NCBI RefSeq assembly: GCF_964213995.1
Contig: NW_027590253.1
Span: forward strand, 496,001-560,000
Length of the DNA: 64,000 bases
Direction: 5' to 3'
DNA from: Mustelus asterias
Lineage: Eukaryota
The notes beneath the pieces are model-generated. The model saw only the letters and a list, made by a program, of their open reading frames with translations. It was not told where the DNA came from and searched no databases. The position numbers and the translations under genes were made by a program. Of this stretch, positions 39,716-51,726 are shown one piece after another (position 1 is the stretch's first letter; each line of letters starts with the position of its first letter).

Positions 39716-41149
39716 AGCTATGTTTAGCCTGTCTGTCCTACATGTGACTCCAGTTCCACAGTGATGAAGCTGACCCTTACGTGCCTCTGAAATTGACAAA
39801 ACAGCCATTCAGGTGTTTCAAAGCTGCTGCAGAAAGTCAAATATAAATAAAACCGACCAGAGGGCAATTATTACAAAAAGGTAGTTCGCAACCGCCTTCT
39901 CAGGATGGGCAATAAATGCTGACTTTGTCAGTGATGCCCATATCCAGAGAATGAATAGAACAGTGCAAACTACTGCGACTTCCGGAAATCTAAAAGTAAT
40001 ACAACAAAAAAGGCAGGTCAGCGGGCATTAGCAGTGGGTGAAACAGATTCTCATTTCAGGCCGATGACAGAATGTAAAATCTCATTGATAAAATTCGAAA
40101 GAACAGGACTGTTCTGCCCAGTATCCTGGCCACTCATTCTTCAACTAAAATCACAAAATTACTGTTCATTTATCACATCTCGCTTTGTGGGAGCTTCCTG
40201 TGCACCAAATCCTTGTTGTATGTCCAACATTACAGCAGTGAATAACTTCAGCGACAATATATCAGTGAGTTTTAAATGGTTTGGGACGACCTAACGTCAG
40301 GTAAAGCGTTATGAAAATGCAAGGCCTTTCCAAATGTTAATATGATAAAATGCAAGAATTGATATGTTAAAAGCTCTGAGATTAATGCGATTATCGTCAC
40401 TCCTCTGCCTGATGTTTTAACGTGTCTAGTTTTAGTAGATTAAATCATCAATCAAATTGACATTCAGTGGAATACCAGTCTTTTCAGACATGTTTTATTT
40501 ATTCTGACATCAGAACTTTCAGAACAAATTCTTGATTAGAGGGTATTTTTTTATTTGAATTAAATAGCGTCTGGTCTAATGGGTATTCACGAAGTTTCTA
40601 TTGATTTTGAACCTGCTGTCAATATACTTAAAAGAAACCGCTATTTTGAATTGAAACTAATGAATAAATGACGGTTTATCTGGTTTTGCTGCCATGAACA
40701 TCTCATTGTAACCAGTGAGGTGTTTATTGGGAATAAACACAGAAATAGAAATCCCAGATTAGATTTATTGATTGACAAAAACGCAACAAATATTTCCCCA
40801 TCAACACAGCACAGAAATAGAGGCGAACATGCAAATCAATCATTGGATTCCAGTTGTGATTGTTTTTTGGGCATATGTTTTCATCAGTTATATGCACAAA
40901 CCAAGCTATGATTATCAACGTTCAAAATTAGGAAAGATTCCCTCTAATCACAAAATAAAAGGACGCGGCGATTTAATGTGCTTTATCTCTCTTTGTCTTT
41001 CTCCTCTCTGATTCTGTGTCTTGTTTTGTCTCTCCACGATGGGTCATTGTCTTTACTCAACAACATCAAGTCAAACGCCAGCAAATGTATTCTCTCAGGT
41101 CTATTTTCAGGCCTCTAACTAAATGGATTTAATTCAATCTATAGAGAGA

Positions 41150-41420
41150 GCTTTTCTCCAATATGTATCTTGATCATTCCCTGTACCTAACCCTTTCTGT
41201 CCCAGCGTCCAATTGTTTCAATGGACAGTGTAGAGAGGTTTTTACTGTTTCTAAACAGTCTTCATTTGCTGGAAATGCTTGATTGAGATAGTGTGGATGG
41301 AGTTTCACTTTTTATCTATCCCGTGCTACACCTGCTTGGGAATGTTTAATGTTGCACTGTGGAGGGAGCTTTACATTCGGTGCCTAAACACATGCTACAC
41401 CTGGAATGTTTGATGGGACA
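41150..41420 (+). repeat. Degenerate ~65-bp tandem repeat (gtttgatgggacagtgtagagggagctttact...)
   Basis: Recurring gacagtgtagagagg / cactgtggagggagcttta / tgctacacctg..aatgttt motifs. Confidence 0.55.
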
Positions 41421-41429
41421 CTAGGCCCT

Positions 41430-42830
41430 GTCTCGATATTGCACTCATCTGTGACCTGTCTCTGCTGATGTTAAATTAACTAATCCCTATTTCGGTTTAT
41501 ATGAAAGAAGATTTTGTCTCTGTTCACATTACACTGGACGTACTTTCTGTTTATAATAAACTAGATGCTCTCTCTGTTCATATTACACATCACCATGTCT
41601 CTGTTCATATTGAGATCGACAATGACTCTGCTTTTATTAATGTAGACCTGTCTCTGTACTAAACTGGATGCACTTGACCATGTCCATGTTCATTTTATAT
41701 TGGGCACGGACTCAGTTATTACTGCACTAGACAATGCGCAATAATGTGAAAAGTGGCTATGGGAACACGATTCTCTGCATCCTCCTACAGATACAACTCT
41801 GACGGATGGAGACAAGTCTTGGGAACTGGAAAAGAAGAAGTGATATTTGAAAGCTCATTCTACTGATGCATTGAAAATAGATATCAAACCCTGCGCAGCA
41901 TACACTGTCGATCCAATATTTTCCGTTTCAAGATCCTGCTGAATACAGATGTTTATAGCCCAGCATATTTATGCATTATATTATCTCTCTACCTCACAGA
42001 ACCGTTGAGTAATGTTCATGTAGCCATAGTTCAGACAGAGGAATACTATAGTGCAGTAATAACAGTGACCTGGTCTCGCGAATTATAGACAGAGTCAGGA
42101 TCAAATGTCATATAAACAGGGATTGGGTCTAGTGCATCATAAACTAAGTTCTGGTCAAGCGGAGTATTAACAGAGACAGGATCTATTTTAATATAAACAG
42201 AGGCCTGATGCAGTGAAATAGAAATGAGGTCGTGCCGAGTGCCTTGTAGGAAGTTAAAGGCGAAATACTGGCCTTACCAGAGACACCCACATCCCATGAA
42301 ATAAATATTTTAAAAATATGAATGACATCAACGAATACAAGAAAAACTGAGATGGTGTCGAGTGCAATTTAACCGAATGCAGTTACTTGCGCGATATAAA
42401 CTGAGACATATCGTGTCAATTACTGATACAGGCCTGAACCGATATTAACTGAGGTAGAGCTTAGCGCATTACCAGTAATTACTGATACAGAATCTGGACT
42501 GACATAAACTGAGACAGAGTCCAGTGTGTTAATGATCATTACTGATGCAGTACCTAGACTGATAAAAACTGAGACAGGATTTAGTGTGTTATTAATGACT
42601 AGAGATACGATATTTAGACTGATATAAACTCAGAAAGAGTCTAGCGCATTGGGAATAATTACTAATATGTGATCTAGACTGATAGACACTGAGATATGGA
42701 CAATGCAGCAAATTAGAATGATCACATGATGCAATAATAACAGAGGCAGGGCACGGTGTTGAGTAAACAAATACATGCACTTGTGCAGCATTAACTAAAA
42801 CAGGGTCGAGTTTATTAGATCTAATGAACC
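41430..42830. repeat. Two oppositely oriented degenerate minisatellite arrays flanking a unique core
   Basis: tgtctctgttcatattacactagac-like units at 41430-41735 versus gtctagtgcagtaataaacagagac-like units at 42040-42830; 60-bp periodicity at 42481-42720. Confidence 0.6.
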
Positions 42831-42959
42831 ATTAGAGTAATGACAGTGACCGAAACTTGTGTAACGCAAGACGGATGTTGCTCCAGTATGGGAGTCACAG
42901 ATAAAGGTTCTGTTGCAGTAGGAATTGAGACACAGTCTCTTCCCAGATTAAAGATTTAA

Positions 42960-43242
42960 AGCTTATTTATTAGTGTCATAAGTCGGCTTTCATTCACACT
43001 GCAATGAAGTTACTGTGAAGAACCCCGAGTGGTCACACTCCGGTGCCTGTTTGAGTACACCGAGGGAGAATTTAACATGGCCAACATGCACCAAACCAGC
43101 ACCTCTTTCGGACGGTGAGTGGAAACCGGAGCACCCGGAGAAAACTCACGCAGACATAAGGAAAACGTGCCGACTCCACACAGACAGTCACCCATGTTGG
43201 GAATTGAACCCGGGTCCCTGGCACTGTGCCACCGTGCCGCCC
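42960..43242 (-). mobile_element. tRNA-derived SINE
   Basis: Same family as the 11990 and 12915 copies. Confidence 0.75.
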
Positions 43243-46199
43243 TGATTAACTGAAACACATTTCAGCACAGTCATAATTCAGAAACCATCGTGTAAACAGG
43301 CTTTGGCTTCACTTATGAACAACTGATAATGAGCCGAGTAGAGGAATAACAGAGACAGGACATGCTGTAATGAGGCTGGGACATGGCCTGTTGAAATACA
43401 AACAGACGTGGGGGCTAGTTGAACGTTCCAGAGATATGACCTGTTCAAAATCATTTAATGAGGTTTTGCTGTCACTGGTAACGTAGGATTTGTTGCCACT
43501 TCTATTTTTTCCTTTGGGAATGTGCTGGTGAGCCCTCTTCTTAAATCGTTGCATTCCATATGAGTAAGTACACATACAGTGCTGATGGGAAGGGAGTTGC
43601 AAGATTTTCATCCATTGACACTGAACAAATAGTGATATAGATCCTAGTCAAGACGGTATGGAGGTTTCATGGGCATTTGCAGGTAATTGTATTCTCCTGC
43701 ATCTGCTGCCCTTGCCATTTTAGTATCAGAGTTAATGTGTTTGAAAGTTGCTACCAAAGGATTATGTTGCTGCTATACAAGTTGTATATGGTTCACACGG
43801 CTAGAGTTGTACATCTGTGATGCAGAAAGTGAATGTTTAAAGTGGTTGGTGGGGTGTTCTTCCAGCCGCCTGCTTTTTGCTGGGTGGTTTCGAGCTTTTT
43901 GGGTGTTGCTTCAGTACCACACGCCAGGCAAGTGGAGAATATTCAATCACAATCCTGACTTTTGCCTTTATATGATGGATAGGGTTTGGGAAGTCAGGAG
44001 GTGAGTTACTCCACGCACAATTCCCAGCCTCTGACCTGTTTTTGTCGCAATATTATTGACATGGCTGTCCCAGTTCAATTTTCCATCAATGGCAATTCCC
44101 AGAATGATGATAGTGGGGTTTCAGCTGTAGTCATTCAATTAATGGCAAGCGGAGATGATTGCAATCTCTCTTACTTGAAAGGGTCATTGCCTGTCACCTC
44201 GGTGGCGTGAATGTCACATGCCACTTCACAGCCAAAGCCTGAATGTTTTCTAAGTCTTTCTTCTTACGGACACGGACTGCCTCAGTATCTGAGAAGTTGT
44301 AAATGTGCTGAACATCGTGCAATCATCAGTGAACATCCCACTTCTGAGCTTGTATTGAAGCGTGAATATTAGGCCGAGGGCACTATCCTGAGGAGTTTCT
44401 TCAGCAAATACCCTGTGACTGAGATGATTGGCTTTCAACAGCCACAGCCATCTTACTCTGTGCTCGGTTTGACTGAAGCCAGTGGAATGTTTTTTTTCCC
44501 CGGATCCCCATTGACTGCAGCTTTGCTCGGGCTTCTTGATGCCACAATCGGTCAAGTGCTGTGTTGATGTCGAGGGCCGGCACTCTCACCTCACCTCATT
44601 AAAGCAGCTATTTCCACTAGATTTGGACTAAGCTTAAATGATTTCTGGAACTGAGTGCTCCGAGTGGGACCCAAACAGAGCATCATTGAGCAGATTACTA
44701 TTATTTGTAGTTGTAGCAGTATTGATATTATTATATTATTATTATTTTTTTAGATGATCCTTCATACTTACCATTACGTTGATCGAGTGAGGACGCATTG
44801 GGCGATAATTGGTCGGGTTGGATTTGTCCTGCCTTCAGAAACAGGTCACGTCTGCCAATTTTCACACTGTTGTGTATGTGACCGTGATGTAGCTATACTT
44901 GAATAGATTGGCTAAGGCTCAGCTAGCTCCAGAGCACAAACCGTTATTATTATTGCTGAAATATTGTCAGGATCCATAATCTTTGCAGTATCCAATGCTT
45001 TCAGCACAAGGTTAGGCCACAGATCAATCATGATCATATTGCATGGCAGAGCGGGCTCCAGGGGCTGAATGGTCTACTCCTGTTCCTATCCTCAATGTTA
45101 TAGAAACATAGAAAACTGCAGCACAAAACAGGCCCTTCAGCCCCACAAGTTGTACCGAACATATCCCTATATTTTAGGCCTACCTGTAACCCTCCATCCT
45201 ATTAAGTCCCATGTACACATCCAGGAGTCTCTTAAAAGACCCTATTGAGTTTGCCTCCACCACCACTGACGGCAGCCGATTCCAGTCGCCCACCACCCTC
45301 TGTGTGAAAAACTTACCTCTAACATTTCCCCTGTACCTACCCCCCAGCACCTTAAACCTGTGTCCTCTCGTAGCATGTTGAATGAATTGACCTCCTTGGA
45401 GACTGGCATCTGTGATGTTCGGGGCATCAGGGGAAGGCAGAGATGGAACATCTTCTGCCTGAACATAGGAGCAATTGTTTCAGTCTTGTTTCTTTTCCTT
45501 TTCGTTTGAGGCTCCTGCTGCAGTTACTTGTTTAAATGTCCATCACCATTCAGGACTGCATGTGGCAGAACTGCAAAGTTAGGGTCCAGTGTAGTATTTA
45601 TTGAGGCAGTGCCTTCTTCATGTAATGTAAACCATCAAGGTGCCAATTCCATCTGCTGGCAAAATTCTGCAATTACAGTTACTGTAAATATATCGCTGTC
45701 AGGTATGATTTATGACAGTAATATACAAAGAATTCACATTCATAAATATAAGACCACATCCCCTTCTGCAGAAAGTGCCCAAATTTAAGGTGCAACGAAT
45801 TATAGATTAGATGTACATTGCTGAATAATACAGGTTAAGTTGTGTCCCGCAGGAATCTGTCTTGAGGGGGGAGGGGGGCGGGGGTATGTAGTTGAAACGA
45901 ATGGCATAGAGAGAATAACAAAGTGAATGTAAATGTGATGATAAAGGCTGAGAATGGTGCTGAGAGCGTCCATTAAGAGATTGCGATGGATAAATGGCAA
46001 AACAGAGATTGCAGAGTATGTGAATGCAACTGTTGTCCCTATTGGGATGGGGAGGATGGGTTTGGGGGAGAGATGAAGCAGGGTTGAAAACGAGATTTCA
46101 GAAGTTGAAAACTAAAAATAAGAAAATAAAGTAATAAAAATGGACGAGTATGATGAAAAGAAGAAATTAGATAAAATAAATGGAAAGGGAGTGGAGGTG

Positions 46200-46960
46200 G
46201 AGGCGAAAGGTCATGCTCTGAATTTGTGGAACTCAATGTTCAGTCCCAGAAGTCTGTAAAGTGCCTCATCTGAAGATGCGATGCTGTTCGTCCAGTTTCC
46301 ATTGGGCTTCACTGGAATTTTGCAAACCAAAGAAATGACCTGTGGAGAGGCAACCAGGATGGTGTGTTCAAATGATAAGCGACAGAAAGGTCTGGGTCCT
46401 GCTTGCAGATTGACCATAGGTATTCTGCAAAGCGTTCAACCAGTCTGCATTTGACTCTCCAATGTAGATTAGATCGCATCGGGAGCAGCGAATGCCATGG
46501 ACCAGATTAAAGGAAGTGCATATGAAGCGTTGCTTCACCTGAAAAGAATGTTTGGGCCCTGGGATGCCGAGGAGGTAGCAGTGAAGGGGCAGGCGCAGCA
46601 TCTTCTACGATTGCCATTGGCGATAGGTGAGTTGTTAGGTGTGATGAAGAAGTGGACACGGGTGTCCCGGAGGCAACGGTGCCTGTGGAGTGCTGACAGG
46701 GAGAGTGACGGGAAGATAGCTTGAATGGTGGCGTCATGCTGGAGCTGGCAAACATGGCGGACGATAATTCTTTTAATGAGGAGGTTGATGAGCTGAAAAG
46801 CGAAGGCAAAGGGGACAATATCCTGGTCCTGGGAGGGAGGAGAGAGGCTGAGAGCAGTAGCCCTGGAGATGAGTCGGACATGGCTAAGAGCCCTGTCCAC
46901 CACAGAGGGTGGAAATCCACGATTGGAATGCTCTCTAATTGGTTCCACAACATATTGTTG
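46200..46960 (-). mobile_element. Penelope-like element fragment (GIY-YIG endonuclease region)
   Basis: GPKHSFQVKQRFICTSFNLVHGIRCSRCDLIYIGES and NRGFPPSVVDRAL motifs, frameshifted. Confidence 0.75.
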
Positions 46961-47629
46961 CAGCAAACAATCCCTAATGCATTCTGTGAACTCTCCCTCG
47001 GGGCTAGCCTTGCCAATTTGTTAAATCCAATGTATATGCATATCAAAATAATCCATAATTATTGCAATACCTTTCTCACAAGCCCCCAAAATTTCCTTAT
47101 TTCTCCTGTGCCCAACTACAGACCGACTGTTTGGGGACATATACATTATTCCACCATCTCATTTTCCTTTCTGTCTATCCGTCTGAAGTATTGAGCGCCC
47201 TTGGATCTTCAATTCCAAAATCTGGTTTTCATTGCAACCACACTTCAGAAATCACTACTAAGTCATGTCCATTTGTCTCTAATTGTGCTGTTAACTCATT
47301 AATTTTATTCAGAATGTTTCATGCATTCAAAGATACAAAGCCCTGAAGTTTGTTCTGTTTTCAAATTTCCCTATTCTTGCACGATTTTGGTGCAATATGA
47401 TGTTCACATGTTCTGTGCCTTCATGTTCGCTCACCTGCAGTCCAACCTTCTCCTTCATCGTCGATTTTTAAAAAATTTTCATGCAACAGGTCCTTGTCTC
47501 CCCCTGCCCCATTATTCAGTTAAATGCCATATCTGCAGCCCTCGCTATGTGATTTGCCAAGACGCTGGTTCAGGATGAGTTGGTACCAATGTAACAGTTT
47601 CCTCCTGCGGTACTGGGGTGTTAATGCTC

Positions 47630-48214
47630 TCGAGTCATGGAGCTTTACAGCGTTGAAAAAAGGCCCTTCGGCCCATCTTGTCCATGCCATCCAGGTTTTA
47701 CCACTAAGCTAGTCCCAATTGCCCGCATTTGGCCCATATCCCTCTATACGCATCTTACCCATGGAAGTGTCTAAATGCTTTTTAAAAGTAAAAATTGTCC
47801 CCGCCTCCACTACTACCTCTGGCTGATCTTTCCAGACACTCACCAGCCTCTGAGTGAGAAAAATGCACTCTGGACTATTTTGCAGTTTGAAAAACAACCC
47901 TTTCCAACCACCCCCTGTCTTCTCTCATCAAGCCAATTTTGCATCCAATTGGCTACTTCGCCGTGGATCCCGTGAGATTGAACCTTATGCAGCAATGCAC
48001 CATGTGGTACCATGTTAAAGTCCATGTAGACAACATCCACTGCACTGTCCTCATCTACCATCTTGGTTACTCCTTCAAAAAATTCAATCAATTTCGTGAG
48101 ATATGATTTTCCACTCACAAAGCCATGGTAACTGTCCCTTATTAGTCCGTGCTTTCTAAATGCCTGTAGATCCTGTCTCTCAGAATACCTTCTAACAGTT
48201 TACTCACTGCAGAC
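47630..48214 (-). mobile_element. CR1 fragments with an internal deletion
   Basis: LTKLIEFFEGVTKMVDE..AVDVVYMDF and 3'-end VVEAGTIFTFKKHLD. Confidence 0.8.
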
Positions 48215-48227
48215 CTCACCATTTTAA

Positions 48228-48387
48228 GGTTTTTGTACAGCTCTCTCTGTGTTCTGTATCACTATGTCTGTGATTTTCACCATGTTCATTTTTTGTACAG
48301 CTCTTTCTGTGTTCTGTATCACTGTGTCTGTAATACTCACCATGTCCAGGTTTTTGTACAGCTCTCTCCATGTTCTGTATCACTGTG
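48228..48387 (-). promoter_or_regulatory. Three tandem 23-bp-spacer recombination signal sequences
   Basis: RSS1 CACAGTG(48387-81)-23-ACAAAAACC(48357-49); RSS2 CACAGTG(48326-20)-23-ACAAAAAAT; RSS3 CATAGTG(48266-60)-23-ACAAAAACC. Confidence 0.92.
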
Positions 48388-48693
48388 CTGTGCTCTGACT
48401 CAGTGCACAGTAATACACAGCGGAATCGCTCAGTTCCAGTTTGGAGATCTTTAACCAGCTGATTTTCTCGGCAGAATCGATAGAAGCAGAAATTCTCCCC
48501 CCGGCAGCATTTTCTTTATTCTCCTCTCCTGAAGTGAGTGTCTGAAGCAGGTATTTCAGAGCCTGCCCTGGGGGCTGACTGTACCAGTGTACTGTGTACT
48601 GACAGAGACCTGAATATTCACAGCTTAAAGCAACCGTGTCACCAGCAGCAGAGGTTTGGAGAGGCGGATTTTTCGACACCAGGGAACTAGAAT
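48388..48693 (-). CDS. Leaderless supporting TCR-delta V segment of NAR-TCR
   Basis: Acceptor ctttttttatcctccag| at 48693 (phase 1); (D)SSSLVSKNPP..LSCEYSGLCQYTVHWY..DSAVYYCALS; canonical C-W-C plus an extra CDR1 Cys; followed by a perfect 23-RSS. Confidence 0.88.
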
Positions 48694-50888
48694 CTGGAGG
48701 ATAAAAAAAGAAACAGCGTTTTCTTCTGTGGTTCAGTCACTGTTTACCAGGGGAATGTGTCAATTGCGGGAGTAGCTCAGTTTTATTCGGTGTTATTATC
48801 ACTTTAAATCTGATGGAACTGTATTCACTGTTATTATTATTGTAAACCAGTGGAAAATGAGGTTTTCTTGACACAACAAGATCCAACGGTCTGGAATGCA
48901 ATGTCGGAATAGATGGTGGGAGCTGAATCAACAGTGACAAACACACGGGAATAGTCAAGCGCCGGAACAGGAATAAAACAGGGTTATGGGGAAAATTCAT
49001 GACTAAGGGGAAGAACTGCATTTCACTTATAAAGGGCTGCATCTACTCGAGGGGCCGAATGTCACCCTTTTGCACTCTATGATTCAATGATGTATGTTAC
49101 ATTTCACTTTCTATTTCCCTTCCTAAGAGACAAACACGAGGGAACATTTTATTATCAGTGAGGCAATCCGTTCCAAGTGACTAACCCAGCTGCGTTACGT
49201 CGTAGCGCACAGCAAGATCCAACAGGGAATGACTGTCATCCATCAGCTCCAATGGGAATGGAATGATGTTGAACATCGGTGCTCAAATGTCATTCATTTA
49301 TATCTGTTTAACACTTCCCGGGAATCTCTGTTTGTTCATCTATTTGATTTTCTTCTGCTATCGAACTATCAGGAACATTTTTTCTCCTTTTCTCTTTACT
49401 TAGAACTATTTACAGTCAGTTTTATTTGGTTTCAACATTTATTTTGCGCTGTTTGGGTTCGTTGCAATCGTGGAAAGTTCTCCCAAAGTCTCTCAGTTGT
49501 CAGTTGGGTTTATTCCGTTCAGTTTCTGCAGTGGTTTTACAGTTATTCACTGGGAACTGCCTCTTCTGGCTCTCTGACAAGTTCAATTCTTTTTTTGCTC
49601 TTTAACTGATTCTCTTCTGCGGTCTCTGGGCGGAATTTTCTCTAAATTTTACATTGTATAGAAACGGCAGAAGAACAGGCAATTCGGCCTAACTCACTGA
49701 TGTCTGCATAGAAACACCCGACCAGCCTCACCCTTCAGAAATCTAATTGGCCATTTCTATCCAGCTCACTCTGTCGGTCTATTCTGTTCTCCCTTCAGTA
49801 TTTTCGAGTCTTCCCATAAATGTACCACTCGCCTCTGCTCCAAACATTCAATGTGACAGCGAGATCCACATTCTGGCTCTCCCTTTTTGAATTGATTCGG
49901 ATTGATGTATTTATTTTCTTCTGTAAATGACAACTGTCAGGAAACAAAGGTAGTTTAACTAATCTCTTCAGTGTTTTTGGACATTAGAAATAAAGTATAG
50001 GTTTAAGTCAGTTTAGTTTAATATTTCAGTATAAAAAGGGTAAAACTCCAGTTATATTAATTTCAAACAAACGTGTTTTCGTGTGTGGGGGATTTAGTTT
50101 CATTTTAAATTATGCCTCTTTTGACGGTGGAAAATGAGGAAAGTGATTGGTTATATGGAGGATGTTTAGAGGAATGTCAGGTACAATTTCACTAATTTCA
50201 GTAACTGATTTCTCTATTGAAAAATACAATCTGGAACTAAACAGAGTCTCTAATGTCTGAAGTCCGTTGTCTCTTTTATTCTATTTGTCTCCCGGGACAG
50301 TTATTGGATGAACTGCTGCGGTTAAATGAACTGTCCGCGGTGGCATTGATCTCATTCAACCGGTAGCTTCTTCATATTACACGGCAGGGACTTCAGTCTA
50401 CTGCCCAGGAGAGAGCTCTGCGATCCCAGTGCCGGGCTGTTCGAGACAGGCAGATCTCCTTCGGTCACAATTAACACCGAAGGTGGATTCCAGAGTGCCG
50501 ATAATTTGTTATAAACTATCAGGATTGTGAAAGCCCTTGATATGGATGTTAACCCCGATGTGCCCGTTAAACTAATAATGACCCAAATACTGTCAACCCT
50601 CACATCACAGCCCATCCACCCCCCACCCCTCCACTTCCATCCCCACAACCACCACTATCCCTACAGCACTGACCGCCTTCTGCATCAGGTCTCACATTCG
50701 CTTTCCCCAGGGCTGACCTGGATCGACTCCTAAATCACGTCCTGCTCCCAAATCAAAATCTGTAACGGATCTGTAAACAGATCCTTATCCGTATCCATTG
50801 GACTGAAACGATACAGATCACGATAATAAAATGACGGTGAACGTTAAACGAGACATTTTGTAACACGGCGGGGTTTGGAGTCACTTAC

Positions 50889-50940
50889 CGGCTGTGACAG
50901 TCACCACCGTCCCTGAGCCATCGGCATCATACCATTTGTA
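50889..50940 (-). CDS. NAR-TCR J segment
   Basis: YKWYDADGSGTVVTVTA then G|GTAAGT donor (phase 1, in frame with the 48693 acceptor); RSS heptamer 50941-47, 22-bp spacer, nonamer ACAAGAACT 50970-78. Confidence 0.9.
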
Positions 50941-51317
50941 CACTGTGATACCGATCTCAGTCTCCCCGTACAAGAACTACCGACTACTCAACTTGACGGG
51001 AAATCATCACAGTCATTTGGAAGTTCCCAATTATTCGGGGGATTTAAATCAATAAATATTATTCAATGTTTTGAAGTCTCTGTCGGTTCAAACTGTTCTT
51101 TTTGAGGCCCCGCGTTCTCAGTAAATATCCCCAGGGAGGAGATAGTCGCTTCATATTAGCTGAGAAAAATATTAAAGAAAGATGTGAGTGATGGAAAGTG
51201 CAATGTAATTAATCCAGATTGCAGCGCTAATAACATCAATCCATAATTCTCTCTCTGGGCCCTGCGAATGTATATTGTAATTGTGCACAGGTATTTGCTC
51301 AGCTTCTTTTTACTGTG

Positions 51318-51334
51318 ACTCTCCTAACCATTTA
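51318..51334 (-). other. NAR-TCR D segment (17 bp) flanked by two 12-RSS
   Basis: TAAATGGTTAGGAGAGT; 5' RSS CACAGTG(51335-41)-12-ATCAAAACC; 3' RSS CACAGTA(51317-11)-12-GCAAATACC; only one stop-free forward frame (KWLGE). Confidence 0.85.
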
Positions 51335-51726
51335 CACAGTGTTATAATTTAGCATCAAAACCCCAGATACTGTGTGAGATGTAGGGACATTAATTAAACA
51401 GCGGGGACTGCGGTTCCCAGTTCCAGCTGAGAGACGATGATCCCATCTTTTGTTTGGGTTTGTAACTGGGATCAGTCATTTCCATTCTTCATTCATCAAC
51501 ACCTAACCCGGGAAAGATGTCAGCTTCCGCACACACTCCTTGTTTAAAACACTCAGAATGTTAACGGTAATAATCAAATCCTCATTATAAACGTGACTGT
51601 GGGATTGACGGTGTGCGATGGAACTGTGCGGGTTTCAGGGAAGATTAACTCCGCTTTTTCATTTGTTTATGTGAAAATCTTCAGTGAGAGTTTTAGTATG
51701 ATGGGAAGCCGAGGCCCATCACTGTG

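Noticed and set aside
48215-48387. CRISPR-like regularly spaced repeats (also 42481-42720)
   Set aside because: Eukaryotic tandem duplications without unique spacers or cas genes
49181-49239. Possible leader exon for the supporting Vdelta (MTVIPCWILLCATT*)
   Set aside because: In-frame stop, donor in the wrong phase, and the sequence resembles a dispersed repeat (cf. ~40185); Vdelta is treated as leaderless
51595-51630. Heptamer-like ACTGTG motifs suggesting a second D segment
   Set aside because: No acceptable nonamer at 12 or 22/23 bp and no opposing heptamer
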